Shown: piece by piece, positions 19,101 to 28,074 of the stretch
Position numbering within the stretch: position 1 is the first letter of the stretch
Layout: each line of letters starts with the position of its first letter
Assembly (NCBI GenBank): GCA_021650915.1
Contig: CP091279.1
Location: 3,750,001 to 3,782,000, forward strand
Source of the DNA: Candidatus Brocadia sp.
GTDB taxonomy: Bacteria > Planctomycetota > Brocadiia > Brocadiales > Brocadiaceae
Length of the DNA: 32,000 nucleotides
Direction: 5' to 3'
The notes under the pieces: generated by a model
What the model was told of the DNA's origin: nothing
Databases searched by the model: none
The model's input: the letters and a program-made list of their open reading frames with translations, nothing else
Made by a program: the position numbers and the translations under genes

Positions 19101-19141
19101 TATTCTATCCCTCCTCATTATAAGTATGCCATGTTAATATA

Positions 19142-19552
19142 TTACGGAACAAGCTTTAGTTCTGACCTATAAATTTTATGACAATTCCTGCAGGCGATGG
19201 TTAACCTTCTGAATTGTACCTGGATTTCTTCCAAATCTTTGTTTGCCGCTGCTTTATCAATCTCGTTTGAATGGTAAAGTACCTCGTCATTCAATACGTT
19301 ATAATTTTTATCCGTTTCGAATTTGCTCTTGGAAGTCTCTGTATCTGCGGTAATTGACTTTGCTGCTGCCGAAAATTTGGCAAAATCACCTTCGCTAGCT
19401 GCAGATAGTCCGGTCATTGCCCTCATTGTCTGAAAGTTGTCCCACATTTTTTTGCATAGCTCTCCTTGGCTTGCCTGTCCATAACTAACCGATGACACTG
19501 CCGCAATGAACAAGGTAATTGTTCCTGCAAAAATACCTTTTTTTAACCTCAT
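19142..19552 (-). CDS. Class II (four-helix-bundle, cytochrome c'/c556-like) c-type cytochrome, secreted
   Basis: There is a signal peptide, a helical-type composition and a single heme motif 'CRNCH' 11 residues from the C-terminus, which is the class II hallmark. The ORF-track ATG 19567 lies in ATGAGGAGGGGAAAAATG; AGGAGG is 6 nt upstream of ATG 19552. Confidence 0.7.
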   Translation of the reverse strand: MRLKKGIFAGTITLFIAAVSSVSYGQASQGELCKKMWDNFQTMRAMTGLSAASEGDFAKFSAAAKSITADTETSKSKFETDKNYNVLNDEVLYHSNEIDKAAANKDLEEIQVQFRRLTIACRNCHKIYRSELKLVP

Positions 19553-20165
19553 TTTTCCCCTCCTCACTTTCCTTTTTTAAAATTACATATAATCTTCAGA
19601 CTTTTTATCGAATTTCTCTAAAACCATTATTTCCGATGATAAACCACTAAAATAAAAAAGGGCACTCATTCTTTAATCAGCATCTTATCTCTGAAATTTA
19701 GAATTCGCCCCAAACGTATGACCTTTCACTTCACCTCCCTTCGTTACTAAAAAATCTGAGTCGCATCAATGTGACAAGCAATAATTTTACTTTCTTTGAA
19801 ACTCAAGAAAGGTGCGTTCATCCCTTTCTTCCCCTTCTATCAATAAACTTTATACGAAAGACTGCTTTTTCTCCTTCCATGATAGGATACCAAAAGGGGA
19901 TTAAAACTATTTCTGAGCAAAGACTCATGCATCTCTGAAGCAGAAAAAAACATGGGAATATGGGGCACAGCGGATAGTAACGAGCTCTTAATTACGATGC
20001 TCTGCTCTGATATGGATAACCAGATTAGGTTTTAAACCCATAATTCCCGACACTATATCATTGAAAATAAAACGAGTCAAGCAAAAATTTTAACCAACAA
20101 TAACGCAAAAACCGGAAGCCTGCCTTAGATTCTTTTCAAAAAGAGCTGCGATCTTTAAATATCCG

Positions 20166-20696
20166 CTACCAATCTTTTGGCGCACCGGTTTCTTTTGGCG
20201 CCGGAATTTCTTCCTGGCCGGGTTGCAATTCGTCCTTTTTCCCAGGGTACAACTGTGGATAAAGATGAATTCCCAAATGCTTGTGGCATACTGCACACGT
20301 CTGTCTTAAGCGTCGCACCTGCCATTGCGCATCTTCCAGCGCGCCTCTTTCGTTCTTATGACTGGTAACTTCTAACATCTTTTCAGCCTCTGTCAGCATC
20401 AATTTATTGAGGTCCTGATATTTTTTATCATCAGGCCGCGGAAATTTGCTAATCACTACCTTTGCCAACTGAACGATGTTTGCACTCGCTTCGGCTATAA
20501 CGCTCCAATCATTATCGCTGTATTTATAATATCCTGATATTTGTTCTACCGCTTTATAGCTTTTGTCTATTTCACCCATAATCTTGGCCAATTCACTTTT
20601 TTCCTTTTCACCCTTCGGTTTCTCCTCAGCAAAACTATGAGCTGCAACTAAGCATATGACAGCAACCAAACCTGCAAAAATACTATTCCTCGTCAA
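20166..20696 (-). CDS. Class II-like c-type cytochrome paralog with a Pro/Lys/Glu-rich C-terminal tail
   Basis: The TTG start lies 9 nt after GGAGG. There is a signal peptide (IFAGLVAVICLVAAHSFA). 'QWQVRRLRQTCAVCHK' parallels 'QVQFRRLTIACRNCHK' of the neighbouring cytochrome. About 35 extra residues follow the heme motif. Confidence 0.65.
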   Translation of the reverse strand: MTRNSIFAGLVAVICLVAAHSFAEEKPKGEKEKSELAKIMGEIDKSYKAVEQISGYYKYSDNDWSVIAEASANIVQLAKVVISKFPRPDDKKYQDLNKLMLTEAEKMLEVTSHKNERGALEDAQWQVRRLRQTCAVCHKHLGIHLYPQLYPGKKDELQPGQEEIPAPKETGAPKDW

Positions 20697-20918
20697 TCTC
20701 TTTAACCTCCGTCAATGAAGTACCTTTAATCCGTTCATAACACACGACTCATCCATCACTTTATCGCACGATACATCACTTAAAATTTTATAGTATTCTT
20801 TTTTTTGGTTACTTCGAAGAGCGATTCTTCATTTTATAAAAAGTCTAGCATGTCTCATGCCAAAACAACGAAAAACAGCAACCTCTTTATTGGCAAAGTG
20901 TTATTGCTGCTCATGTAA

Positions 20919-20947
20919 AACAATCTTCTTGTTTTATGAAGATTGTT
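20919..20947 (-). terminator. Candidate terminator hairpin downstream of the native nupC stop
   Basis: AACAATCTTC-N9-GAAGATTGTT forms a 10-bp perfect stem. On the - strand the stem runs into TTTTAC. It lies about 180 nt downstream of the pre-insertion nupC stop codon (21129-21131). Confidence 0.35.
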
Positions 20948-21171
20948 GGTTCAAAGTAACCATAACTATAAGCATCTTGCACTGAAATCTACCAAAAAAC
21001 TAAAGAGCGGTAATTATAAATAAAAAATACTATATGTCAAATATTTAATTCAAGGCACAGAGAAGAGAGATCGACGTTTGTAAATGTCTGATGTCGCTTA
21101 TGCCTCAAAGATCATGCAGCTGCTTTATTTAGAAATTACGTAACTATTCAGCGTAATATCGCCCCCTATCG

Positions 21172-22059
21172 TTACGAGCTGGCAAAATCAGGCAATTTGC
21201 CGCGAAATACCATCCGTAATGCCTGACTTAAATTTACCCCTTGTTTTCGACAAGTCGAGAGATAACTACGGATGAGGCAGAAGATCTTCGCTCCGTCCAG
21301 AGAACGAAAACAGCCCGATATCTTCTGCTGAACCTTCGTCATCCTGATATCGTTTTCGGCCAGGTTATTCGTGAAGGGGACGTTTTTATTGTCCATAAAT
21401 CTGAGCACATCACCCTCATACTCCCGTAATCGTTCCAGGAGATTCCGTGCTTTTGTCCTTTTTACCCGCCCTCTTTTCCCCTTACGGTTCGTTTCATCAG
21501 GGGGCGGGCTTTCAGCTTCTGCGTTTTGTAATATCCCCCGGTACCTTTGCCGGTATTTCTCAGACTCGCCGTTTTCCAACAAACCCCCCGCATCCTTTAC
21601 CGCACGGTTTATCTCTTCGAGCAGGGCTTTCATCTCTTTCGCCCACGGTTGCTTCTTATCCTCTTCCCACACCCCCTCCAATTCCCTCAGGTGGTGTGCA
21701 TTACAGAGCGCATGTGTACAGCGGGTGTAGGTGTAATACGCCTTCAAATGGTCGTGACAAAGAATCCCCCGAAACTGGGGCAGTATCCCGATACTATCCA
21801 TCGCTTCCGTCCCACGTCTTTCGTGAGGGAAAAAGTGTGTCCACAAACTATTGGATGCACTATGCAGCCAATACCTGTCTCCGTTCTTGTTGATGCTCGT
21901 TTCATCTGCCTGCAATACCTCTGATTTGACAAGTTCTTCCTTGGTTTTCCCCTCGAAGGCTTCCAGAGATTCATAGGCATCCTTGTTAAAGTTGTAAAGA
22001 GAGCCTTCGCTCAGCGGTATCCCCATCTGCTCCTCAAAATACTCCTGGATCCTCTTATA
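21172..22059 (-). pseudogene. IS66-family transposase, C-terminal fragment
   Basis: Typical IS66 TnpC motifs are present: 'LQADETSINKNGDRYWLH', 'GILCHDHLKAYY', 'CNAHHLREL', 'PFTNNLAENDIRMTKVQQKISGCFRS' and 'IRSYLSTCRKQG'. The apparent ATG (22069-22071) lies inside the IR of the nested IS and is not native. Confidence 0.9.
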
Positions 22060-24106
22060 GAGCTGGCGCATAAGCGAAAAGATTCGTTGTAAATCAGGGA
22101 GAAGAGGCGATAGGACGGGGCAATAATTTTGTAAAGTCTACAAAAAGATATCAAGAACGGCAGCATGAAAAGGCTTGTTTTTCAGGGGAGATGAAAAAAT
22201 ATTTGAAGAAAAGAGGGGAAAAATTACAAAATAGTCGTGCCCATCTTGTATAATAAATCAGGCAAACTATTCGAAATACCATACAAGGGAGGGCACAGTG
22301 AAATGATACCATTATTGAGGAACACAAGCCAGCAAAAACCATTATTCCATATCATTCATGAAGACGACAGATATTTGCTGAATACCGATGATGCGGAGTG
22401 GTTTCAGGTATTGTACCATTTTCGATACGAAAGATATGTGGGGTTTGGAGTAGACTATTATAATGCGCTGCATGAATTTAACCAGAAGCAGGCCAGGGAG
22501 CGAGAAGAGCGAGGAGTTGAGGGGGAGAAAGATGCGAGGGAGACCAAGGAGGAAGCGCGGCAGAGATTGCTCTTTTCACGGGTAACCATGCAGGCAGAGG
22601 GTGAGAGAGGAGAAGGGGTTTTATTCGAGGTAAAAAGAGAAGATTTGTCGCTATCGGGGGTATCTCCGGAGAGTATAGCGCCTGGCAAGGTGCCATTTCG
22701 ATTTGGGGGGAAAAAGCCGAAGTGTTTTTTTGCTTTGCTGAAGAGTTTTATCGGTGCAACGATAATGGGGTTTCCCGCCGAGCCGGAAAAGGTGTACCGG
22801 TTATTGAAGAGCAATCCCAGTTTTGCGCGGGTATGTGGATTTATTCCCAGACACGTCAGGGACGAGTATTGCAGTGAGCACATACCAAGCCTTCGGAAGC
22901 TGGAGCAGTTTGACCAGATCATGAAAGAAAGCGGGATATGGGCGAGGATAAAAGTGGAAGAGGTGAAAGCGAACATAACGAGTGGGATCATAAGAAAGGA
23001 AAATGAGTTGGTGGGAGACACGACCCATTATTACGCGTATTCGGGCTTTGAGACCGTAGTATATAAAGATGCGAGTGGCAAAGAGCAGAAGAAATCGCAG
23101 TCAAAGGTAACCAAGAGGTGTGGTTGCGAAGATAAGCAGGGGTGCAGTCATTCGTGGGGATTGAGTGATGATGGGGCGGGGACAATCGTAAAATCCGGGG
23201 GGAAGATGTATTGGGGTCACAAGGCAAGTGTGCTTGGGTATCCCCGTCAAGGGATACCCTTAGATGCGCGTGCGATAAAGGATGCGGCGACCTTTGGTGG
23301 AATGACCTTATACCCGCACGTGAAGGAAGTCTTTGAGATGTATCCGGAGATTCAACCGTCGGTAGAAAGGGTATTGTATGATAGCGCAGGCGACAGTGAT
23401 GAAATCAAGAAGAAATTCAGGGAGGATCTGGGTATAGAGGTAAAGGTGTCTTTCAATCCAAGAAGGAAAAAGGAGATCACGGAAGATTTGCCACGAGGAA
23501 TAGACAAGATTACACCGTATGGTATTCCGGTGTGTAAGGCGGGATACGAGATGGAATATCAGGGGATGAGATACGAACATGAGAAGTTTATCTATCAAGC
23601 GCCAAAGGATTCAGACAATGCGCCGGTATGTCGCGCTTGTTATCATCGCGAGGATTGTTGCCCAAACGCTACCGGTGGCAGGATAATCAATATCTCGTTT
23701 GATCTCTTGCCACACATAGACCCCAAAGACCCTCCGATGGCGAAGAGGTACAAGGCCATCATGTCCCGTCGTCCTGCGGTGGAAAGGATGATAAAACGGT
23801 TGAAGTGTGACTTTGGGGATGATCGGCTCACGAAGCGGGGAAACGATTCGTTCCAAGCATACCTGGATAAAACCATGATTGCGTTTCATGTCTTGTTAAG
23901 AAACTAAATCTGGTTTTCAGCGTAAAAGAGTCGTCGTGTGGAGGGATGGTACGTCTGGAATTCGGCTTATTTGGTCTGGTGTCCTCTGACGAATCGTTTT
24001 TCTCTCTCTTTGACCTCGCTTTTGAGTGAAATCCGTTTCTCTGTCAATGCACACATGATGCAGTTCCGCCTTTTCATGGCTTGTTTTTTAGTTTATGCGC
24101 AGGCTC
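22060..24106 (+). mobile_element. Insertion sequence, IS1182/IS5-like (copy 2, 2047 bp), intact transposase, nested in the IS66 transposase gene
   Basis: It has the same termini as copy 1. It is flanked by the 4-bp direct repeat TATA (22056-22059 and 24107-24110). Removing 22056..24106 restores ...QYQLIPY-KRIQEYF... in the IS66 transposase frame. Confidence 0.92.
22303..23907 (+). CDS. DDE transposase, IS1182/IS5-like (IS4/IS5 superfamily)
   Basis: A DUF772-like N-terminal segment is present ('KKPKCFFALLKSFIGATIMGFPAEPEKVYRLLKSNPSFARVCGFIP...IPSLRKLEQF'). The candidate DDE residues are 'LVGDTTHYYA', 'VLYDSAGDS' and 'YKAIMSRRPAVERMIKRLK' (R-x3-E-x6-K signature). A Cys-rich insert lies between D2 and E ('CKAGYEMEY...CRACYHREDCC'). 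The ORF track gives GTG 22237; ATG 22303 has a GGGAGGG SD 9 nt upstream. Confidence 0.9.
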   Translation: MIPLLRNTSQQKPLFHIIHEDDRYLLNTDDAEWFQVLYHFRYERYVGFGVDYYNALHEFNQKQAREREERGVEGEKDARETKEEARQRLLFSRVTMQAEGERGEGVLFEVKREDLSLSGVSPESIAPGKVPFRFGGKKPKCFFALLKSFIGATIMGFPAEPEKVYRLLKSNPSFARVCGFIPRHVRDEYCSEHIPSLRKLEQFDQIMKESGIWARIKVEEVKANITSGIIRKENELVGDTTHYYAYSGFETVVYKDASGKEQKKSQSKVTKRCGCEDKQGCSHSWGLSDDGAGTIVKSGGKMYWGHKASVLGYPRQGIPLDARAIKDAATFGGMTLYPHVKEVFEMYPEIQPSVERVLYDSAGDSDEIKKKFREDLGIEVKVSFNPRRKKEITEDLPRGIDKITPYGIPVCKAGYEMEYQGMRYEHEKFIYQAPKDSDNAPVCRACYHREDCCPNATGGRIINISFDLLPHIDPKDPPMAKRYKAIMSRRPAVERMIKRLKCDFGDDRLTKRGNDSFQAYLDKTMIAFHVLLRN

Positions 24107-24644
24107 TATAGGGTATCAATTGATACTGTGACATATATACTGCGTGCGCTTTCAAATCCGGCCCATACTGCACTGCCTTTGTCACCCCTTCCGGAAATGA
24201 CGCTACAAACCTACTTCCCTCCGCATCCTCAACTATCTCTGCCCGATACTCCGTTACCACCCTTGAAATCTTCATATCAAACACCTGACGCGACTCATAA
24301 CCGATCAACCTGTATTTGCCGCTCGGATACTTCCTCCGGTCTACTTTTATTACTTCCACCTTATCAGGATTGGCTACCTTTTTCAGCGTTACTCCATCAT
24401 GACCCTCTTGCCCACCTGCCTTCCTCTCTCCTTTCGCCCTGCTCTTTCTCGTGCGATTCGGATCGCTTGCGGGCGGCTTACTACTGTTGCGACTGTTCCG
24501 GTTCAGACGTCCTACCAGCAGCGTTATCACTAACACCAACAACTCTATCATTGACCTTATGGCAGGTGACAGACCTTTTTCCTCTGAAAGCAGCTTTTCT
24601 ACTTTCCGCAGCATTGCATCTATATCTATATTCTCTATCGTCAA
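24107..24644 (-). pseudogene. IS66-family transposase, N-terminal fragment
   Basis: 'NSRNSSKPPASDPNRTRKSRAKGERKAGGQEGHDG' is the typical basic/'KPPS(S/D)D' region of IS66 TnpC. It is followed by 'VTEYRAEIV' and 'YGPDLKAHAVYMSQYQLIPY'. The last 4 codons of ORF 24093..24644 (RACA*) come from the nested IS end. Confidence 0.9.
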
Positions 24645-24876
24645 TGGATGGCACCGGTATTAATAGCCTGAAATCATCTCCTGCGACTATTATACCACAG
24701 GCTTTTTCACCCATTTTTTTCACCCTCTACCGCCCTACAAAACTCTGTAATTCTCTGGCCGAACATACCCCACACCTCTCTTTGCAAAAACCTCCGATGG
24801 GCTACAGTGGCATCCTCCACAGCCATTTATTCTACCAACCAATTCTACTGCCCCCTTTTCTCATGTTGACTGTCAA

Positions 24877-26151
24877 CTAAATTCTAAAATATTTTCGCTG
24901 AATAGTTACGAAATTACACACAATTCCAACGAGTGCGCCAGTGGTGCAGGTAGACAAGGTGCCCGCAACAAGGGACTTCATCCCCAAAGAGACTACTTCA
25001 TCTCTCCTTTCAGGAATCATACTTCCCACCCCGCCGATCATTATACCGACGCTCCCGAAATTAGCAAATCCGCAGAGTGCATAGGTCGTGATCATTTTAC
25101 TCCTTGGACTCAGGACCCCATCCGGTAATTTCGCCAGATCGATGTATGCTATGAATTCATTCAGTATCGTCTTGGTTCCCATAAGGGAACCGGCAGTAAA
25201 TGCCTCTTTCCAGGGAATACCCATAAGCCATACAACGGAAGACATGAGATAACCAAGCATTCTTTGCAAGGTAATCGGCCGATTTCCCAAGTCTGGCAAC
25301 AGACTCAACGCCTTGTTTGCCAGGTATACAAAGGCTATGAGGACAATAAGCATTGAAATAATGTTGATCAGGAGGTGTATTCCTTCTAAAGTTCCTTTGG
25401 TGAGAGCATCCATTGAATTTGCCGCCAGTTGGGGTTTCATCATCTCCCCGGATGTCGTCCTTCCTGTTTCCGGTATCATGATTTGTGAGATCATAATGGC
25501 CGCCGGAATACTGATTATTGATGCGGTAAGGAGGTGTCCCATAACATCCGGTACCACGCGTTGCAGAATATTTGCATACAGTACCATAACGGTACCGGCA
25601 ATCCCTGCCATCCCACAGGTTATTGTTATAAAGAGTTCACTTCTGGACATCTCTTTCAGATAAGGACGAATAAAGAGCGTCGATTCAATCATGCCAAGAA
25701 AGACATTTGCCGCAGCGCCCACACCTACGGCGCCGCCGATATTCGTGGTTTTTTGAAGGAACCATGCAAAAGTTTTTACCACAACCGGTAAAATACGTCA
25801 GTAGAACAGGAGCGAGGACAAGGCGCTTATCACAAGCACGAGCGGAAGGGCCTGTAATGCAAAAATAAAGCTCGATCCGGGAGTTTTTTCATCGAAAGGC
25901 AGCGCACCTCCCCCAAGATAGCCAAAGACGAAGGATGTCCCTGCCTGTGTTGCTTCTTCCAGTGATAAAGCAACCTTACTCAGCAGATGGAAGAATTCTT
26001 TGAACACGGAGACCCTGATTATGATTGCCGCCACTATGAATTGCACTGCCAGTCTTACCGGTATGTCACGGAACCGAACCTTCCATCGGGTTTCACTCAT
26101 GGTCCAGGCAATACCAATCAACGCCGCTAGTCCAAAGATGCCCTGAATCAT
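24877..26151 (-). pseudogene. nupC: NupC/CNT-family concentrative nucleoside transporter with an in-frame TGA and an IS-derived C-terminal tail
   Basis: The two ORFs (25798..26355 and 24877..25782) are in the same frame and separated only by TGA at 25798-25800: '...LVISALSSLLFY*RILPVVVKTFAWFLQK...'. Family motifs are 'GTSFVFGYLGGG', 'AAANVFLGMIESTLFIRPYL..MSRSELF' and 'GMAGIAGTVM'. The likely start is ATG 26151 (MIQGIFGLAALIGIAW). The last 10 codons (VTIQRKYFRI*) are read from the IS66 end. Confidence 0.85.
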
Positions 26152-26228
26152 TCCACAGAACTCCTCTTGTTTTATTACCAGAAGATTTTCCGCCGGGAAA
26201 AAACCACGAATGAGTCCCCCCCCGATGA

Positions 26229-27857
26229 TTAGATAAGCGATTCCTTCGTCAAGCGTTCGGCCGTTTCGGTTATGTCTTTCAGCGTTTCCACGGATCGTGT
26301 TTCTACATAAAACCGCACCTTGGGTTCCGTGCCTGAAGGCCGTATCAAAAACCACGAGCCGTCATCGAGCACGACCTTAATTCCATCCACCTGTATTACG
26401 CTCCTGATCGTCCTGGAGTTTTTTCCAACCGTTACTTTCTCCCCCGCAGTAAGTGTGTTTTTCAGGCGTGAAAGCTTTTCAAGAAGCGGTGCGCCAGCGA
26501 GAGAACGCTCTACCTCGATGCTAGCCCTTTCGGGAAGATAGGCGCCGAATTTTTCCTCAAGTTCACGGAGATACGCACTGAGGTTTTTCCGCGTTACGGC
26601 CATCATCTCAAGCGCAAGCAGGAACCCAAACAGGGCATCCTTTTCAAGGGTGTTATTATAGCCGGATATACCGTCACTCTCCTCGTACGCGACGATAGCC
26701 CGCTCCGGTGCGTCCTGAAGCATATAAGGCCTGAAGTTCTTAAAGCCAACCGCTGTTTCCCGTACCGGAATACCAAACTTCTCGGCAATAGCATTTCCAA
26801 AGTTGCTTGTGGCTACCGATTTTACCAATACCCCGGAAATATGCTTGTATGCAGAGAAAAAATGCAGCGCCATAGCCCCAAAGTGGTTCATGGTAATATC
26901 CGCTTCCCCATCGGTAAACCGTATCCTGTCGCCATCAGGGTCCATGATTACTCCCAACCTGAACTGTGCCCTGGCGCCTTTCAATAAGTCCATCACCGTC
27001 TTGATGTTCTTTGCTGAAGGTTCCGGCGGTATGCCTCCAAAGAGGTAGTCATCCTCCGTTCGGAGATATTTTATTTTTGGACTCTCACCAAGAAGGGCGT
27101 TCGGCCTTCCCCTCGTAGCCCCATGAACATGGTCAATATAAAGACAACAGTCTTCCTCTTCTATAAAATGTCGTATCCTGTCAAGGTTCAACGTTCCCCG
27201 TTTTTTGAGAAAGTCCTCATACAGCCTTGTGGGATTGATCCTTTCAAAGCTTGTGGGTTTTACTTCCCGCACAATCGTCTTCTCAGCCATCAGCCGGTTT
27301 GCATGTTTCTCTATAACCCGGGTAATATCCGGTCCTGCAGGGCCACCGTCCGCCGGATTAAATTTGAATCCCGCATAATTTGCCGGATTATGTGAAGGGG
27401 TGAGGTTTATGGAGCATGCCGCATGGAGCATCTCAATAGCAGCCGAAAATTCAGGGGTAATAGCCTCCCCTGCGTAGTAGACCTTGATGCCTTCTTTCGT
27501 GAGTAAACCCATTACCGATGAAGCAAATTCTGGCCCTAAAAACCGGTTGTCGTGGCCCACAATAATACCGCGTTTTTTAACCTCATCAAAATCCTTTACT
27601 CCCAGCGATTCCATCACCTCTTGTCCGCTTGTCTTAAACATCTCAAGAAGCGCGGTAGCCACGATGCGCACGTTGTTAAAGGTAAAATCGGCGCCTATCT
27701 CACCCCGCCATCCGGAAGTGCCGAAAGCAACCTCTGCCGGATTTGTATTCTCTCTTGCAAATCTTTGTATTTCTCTGAGAAGACCGGCGTTCTGCCTCAC
27801 GTCTGCAAGGATAACTTTCCAGCATTCTCTTGCATCTTTAAAACGATCTGTTTTCAT
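26229..27857 (-). CDS. pgm: Phosphoglucomutase (alpha-D-phosphohexomutase superfamily)
   Basis: The active-site Ser loop is 'INLTPSHNPANYAGFKFNPADGGPA'. The Mg-binding loop is 'GVIMDPDGDRIRF', the sugar-binding motif is 'YEESDGISG' and the phosphate-binding loop is 'IRPSGTEPKVRFY'. The ~540-aa length matches Pgm-type enzymes. Confidence 0.9.
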   Translation of the reverse strand: MKTDRFKDARECWKVILADVRQNAGLLREIQRFARENTNPAEVAFGTSGWRGEIGADFTFNNVRIVATALLEMFKTSGQEVMESLGVKDFDEVKKRGIIVGHDNRFLGPEFASSVMGLLTKEGIKVYYAGEAITPEFSAAIEMLHAACSINLTPSHNPANYAGFKFNPADGGPAGPDITRVIEKHANRLMAEKTIVREVKPTSFERINPTRLYEDFLKKRGTLNLDRIRHFIEEEDCCLYIDHVHGATRGRPNALLGESPKIKYLRTEDDYLFGGIPPEPSAKNIKTVMDLLKGARAQFRLGVIMDPDGDRIRFTDGEADITMNHFGAMALHFFSAYKHISGVLVKSVATSNFGNAIAEKFGIPVRETAVGFKNFRPYMLQDAPERAIVAYEESDGISGYNNTLEKDALFGFLLALEMMAVTRKNLSAYLRELEEKFGAYLPERASIEVERSLAGAPLLEKLSRLKNTLTAGEKVTVGKNSRTIRSVIQVDGIKVVLDDGSWFLIRPSGTEPKVRFYVETRSVETLKDITETAERLTKESLI

Positions 27858-27969
27858 CTCTATTCACCGTTCTTTCTGGTATAACCTGCTGTTCACAAAC
27901 ACAAATAAAAAGATTAACGGTACTTGCTCGGTGAGAACCACGAAATCCGGTCTCTGTTTTCTGAAGATA

Positions 27970-28074
27970 TCAGTCCGGTTTATCCTTCCTTTTTCGTCTC
28001 GTTACGGAGAAATACACTACCCACAGGGCGACAAAACCGACGGCATATAGTATTACAAAACCGGTGTGATTCAT
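27970..28074 (-). CDS. Candidate small membrane protein (34 aa) between ppdK and pgm
   Basis: MNHTGFVILYAVGFVALWVVYFSVTRRKRKDKPD has one clear TM helix followed by a basic cluster. It is on the same strand as its neighbours. The SD is weak and it is too short for the ORF track. Confidence 0.25.
   Translation of the reverse strand: MNHTGFVILYAVGFVALWVVYFSVTRRKRKDKPD

Larger units (their letters stand above)
21140..24909 (-). mobile_element. IS66-family insertion sequence, single-ORF ISBst12-type, interrupted by a nested IS
   Basis: It has perfect 14-bp terminal IRs, GTAACTATTCAGCG (21140-21153, and the reverse complement at 24896-24909). It is flanked by the 8-bp direct repeat GAAATTAC (21132-21139 and 24910-24917). 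The GTAA ends and 8-bp TSD match the IS66 family. Its length without the nested IS and that IS's TSD is 1719 bp. Confidence 0.9.

Noticed and set aside
24095-24880. 261-aa + strand ORF
   Set aside because: It is antisense to the IS66 transposase N-terminal fragment and its leader. Its Pro/Leu/Ser-rich low-complexity composition is typical of a shadow ORF.
25798-25800. In-frame TGA in nupC as a selenocysteine or recoding site
   Set aside because: TGA is used as an ordinary stop in this window (e.g. fcl, ppdK). The position aligns with a hydrophobic TM residue (Leu/Ile) in CNT homologs rather than a redox Cys. I see no obvious stem-loop immediately downstream. A nonsense mutation is the simpler explanation.
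26152-26355. N-terminal 68-residue extension of the nupC ORF (ORF-track start 26355)
   Set aside because: The extension overlaps the 3' end of pgm and has no CNT-family similarity. The family-typical N-terminus starts at Met 26151 (MIQGIFGLAALIGIAW).
27484-28050. 188-aa + strand ORF
   Set aside because: It is antisense to the 5' part of pgm and has no motifs, so it is a shadow ORF.
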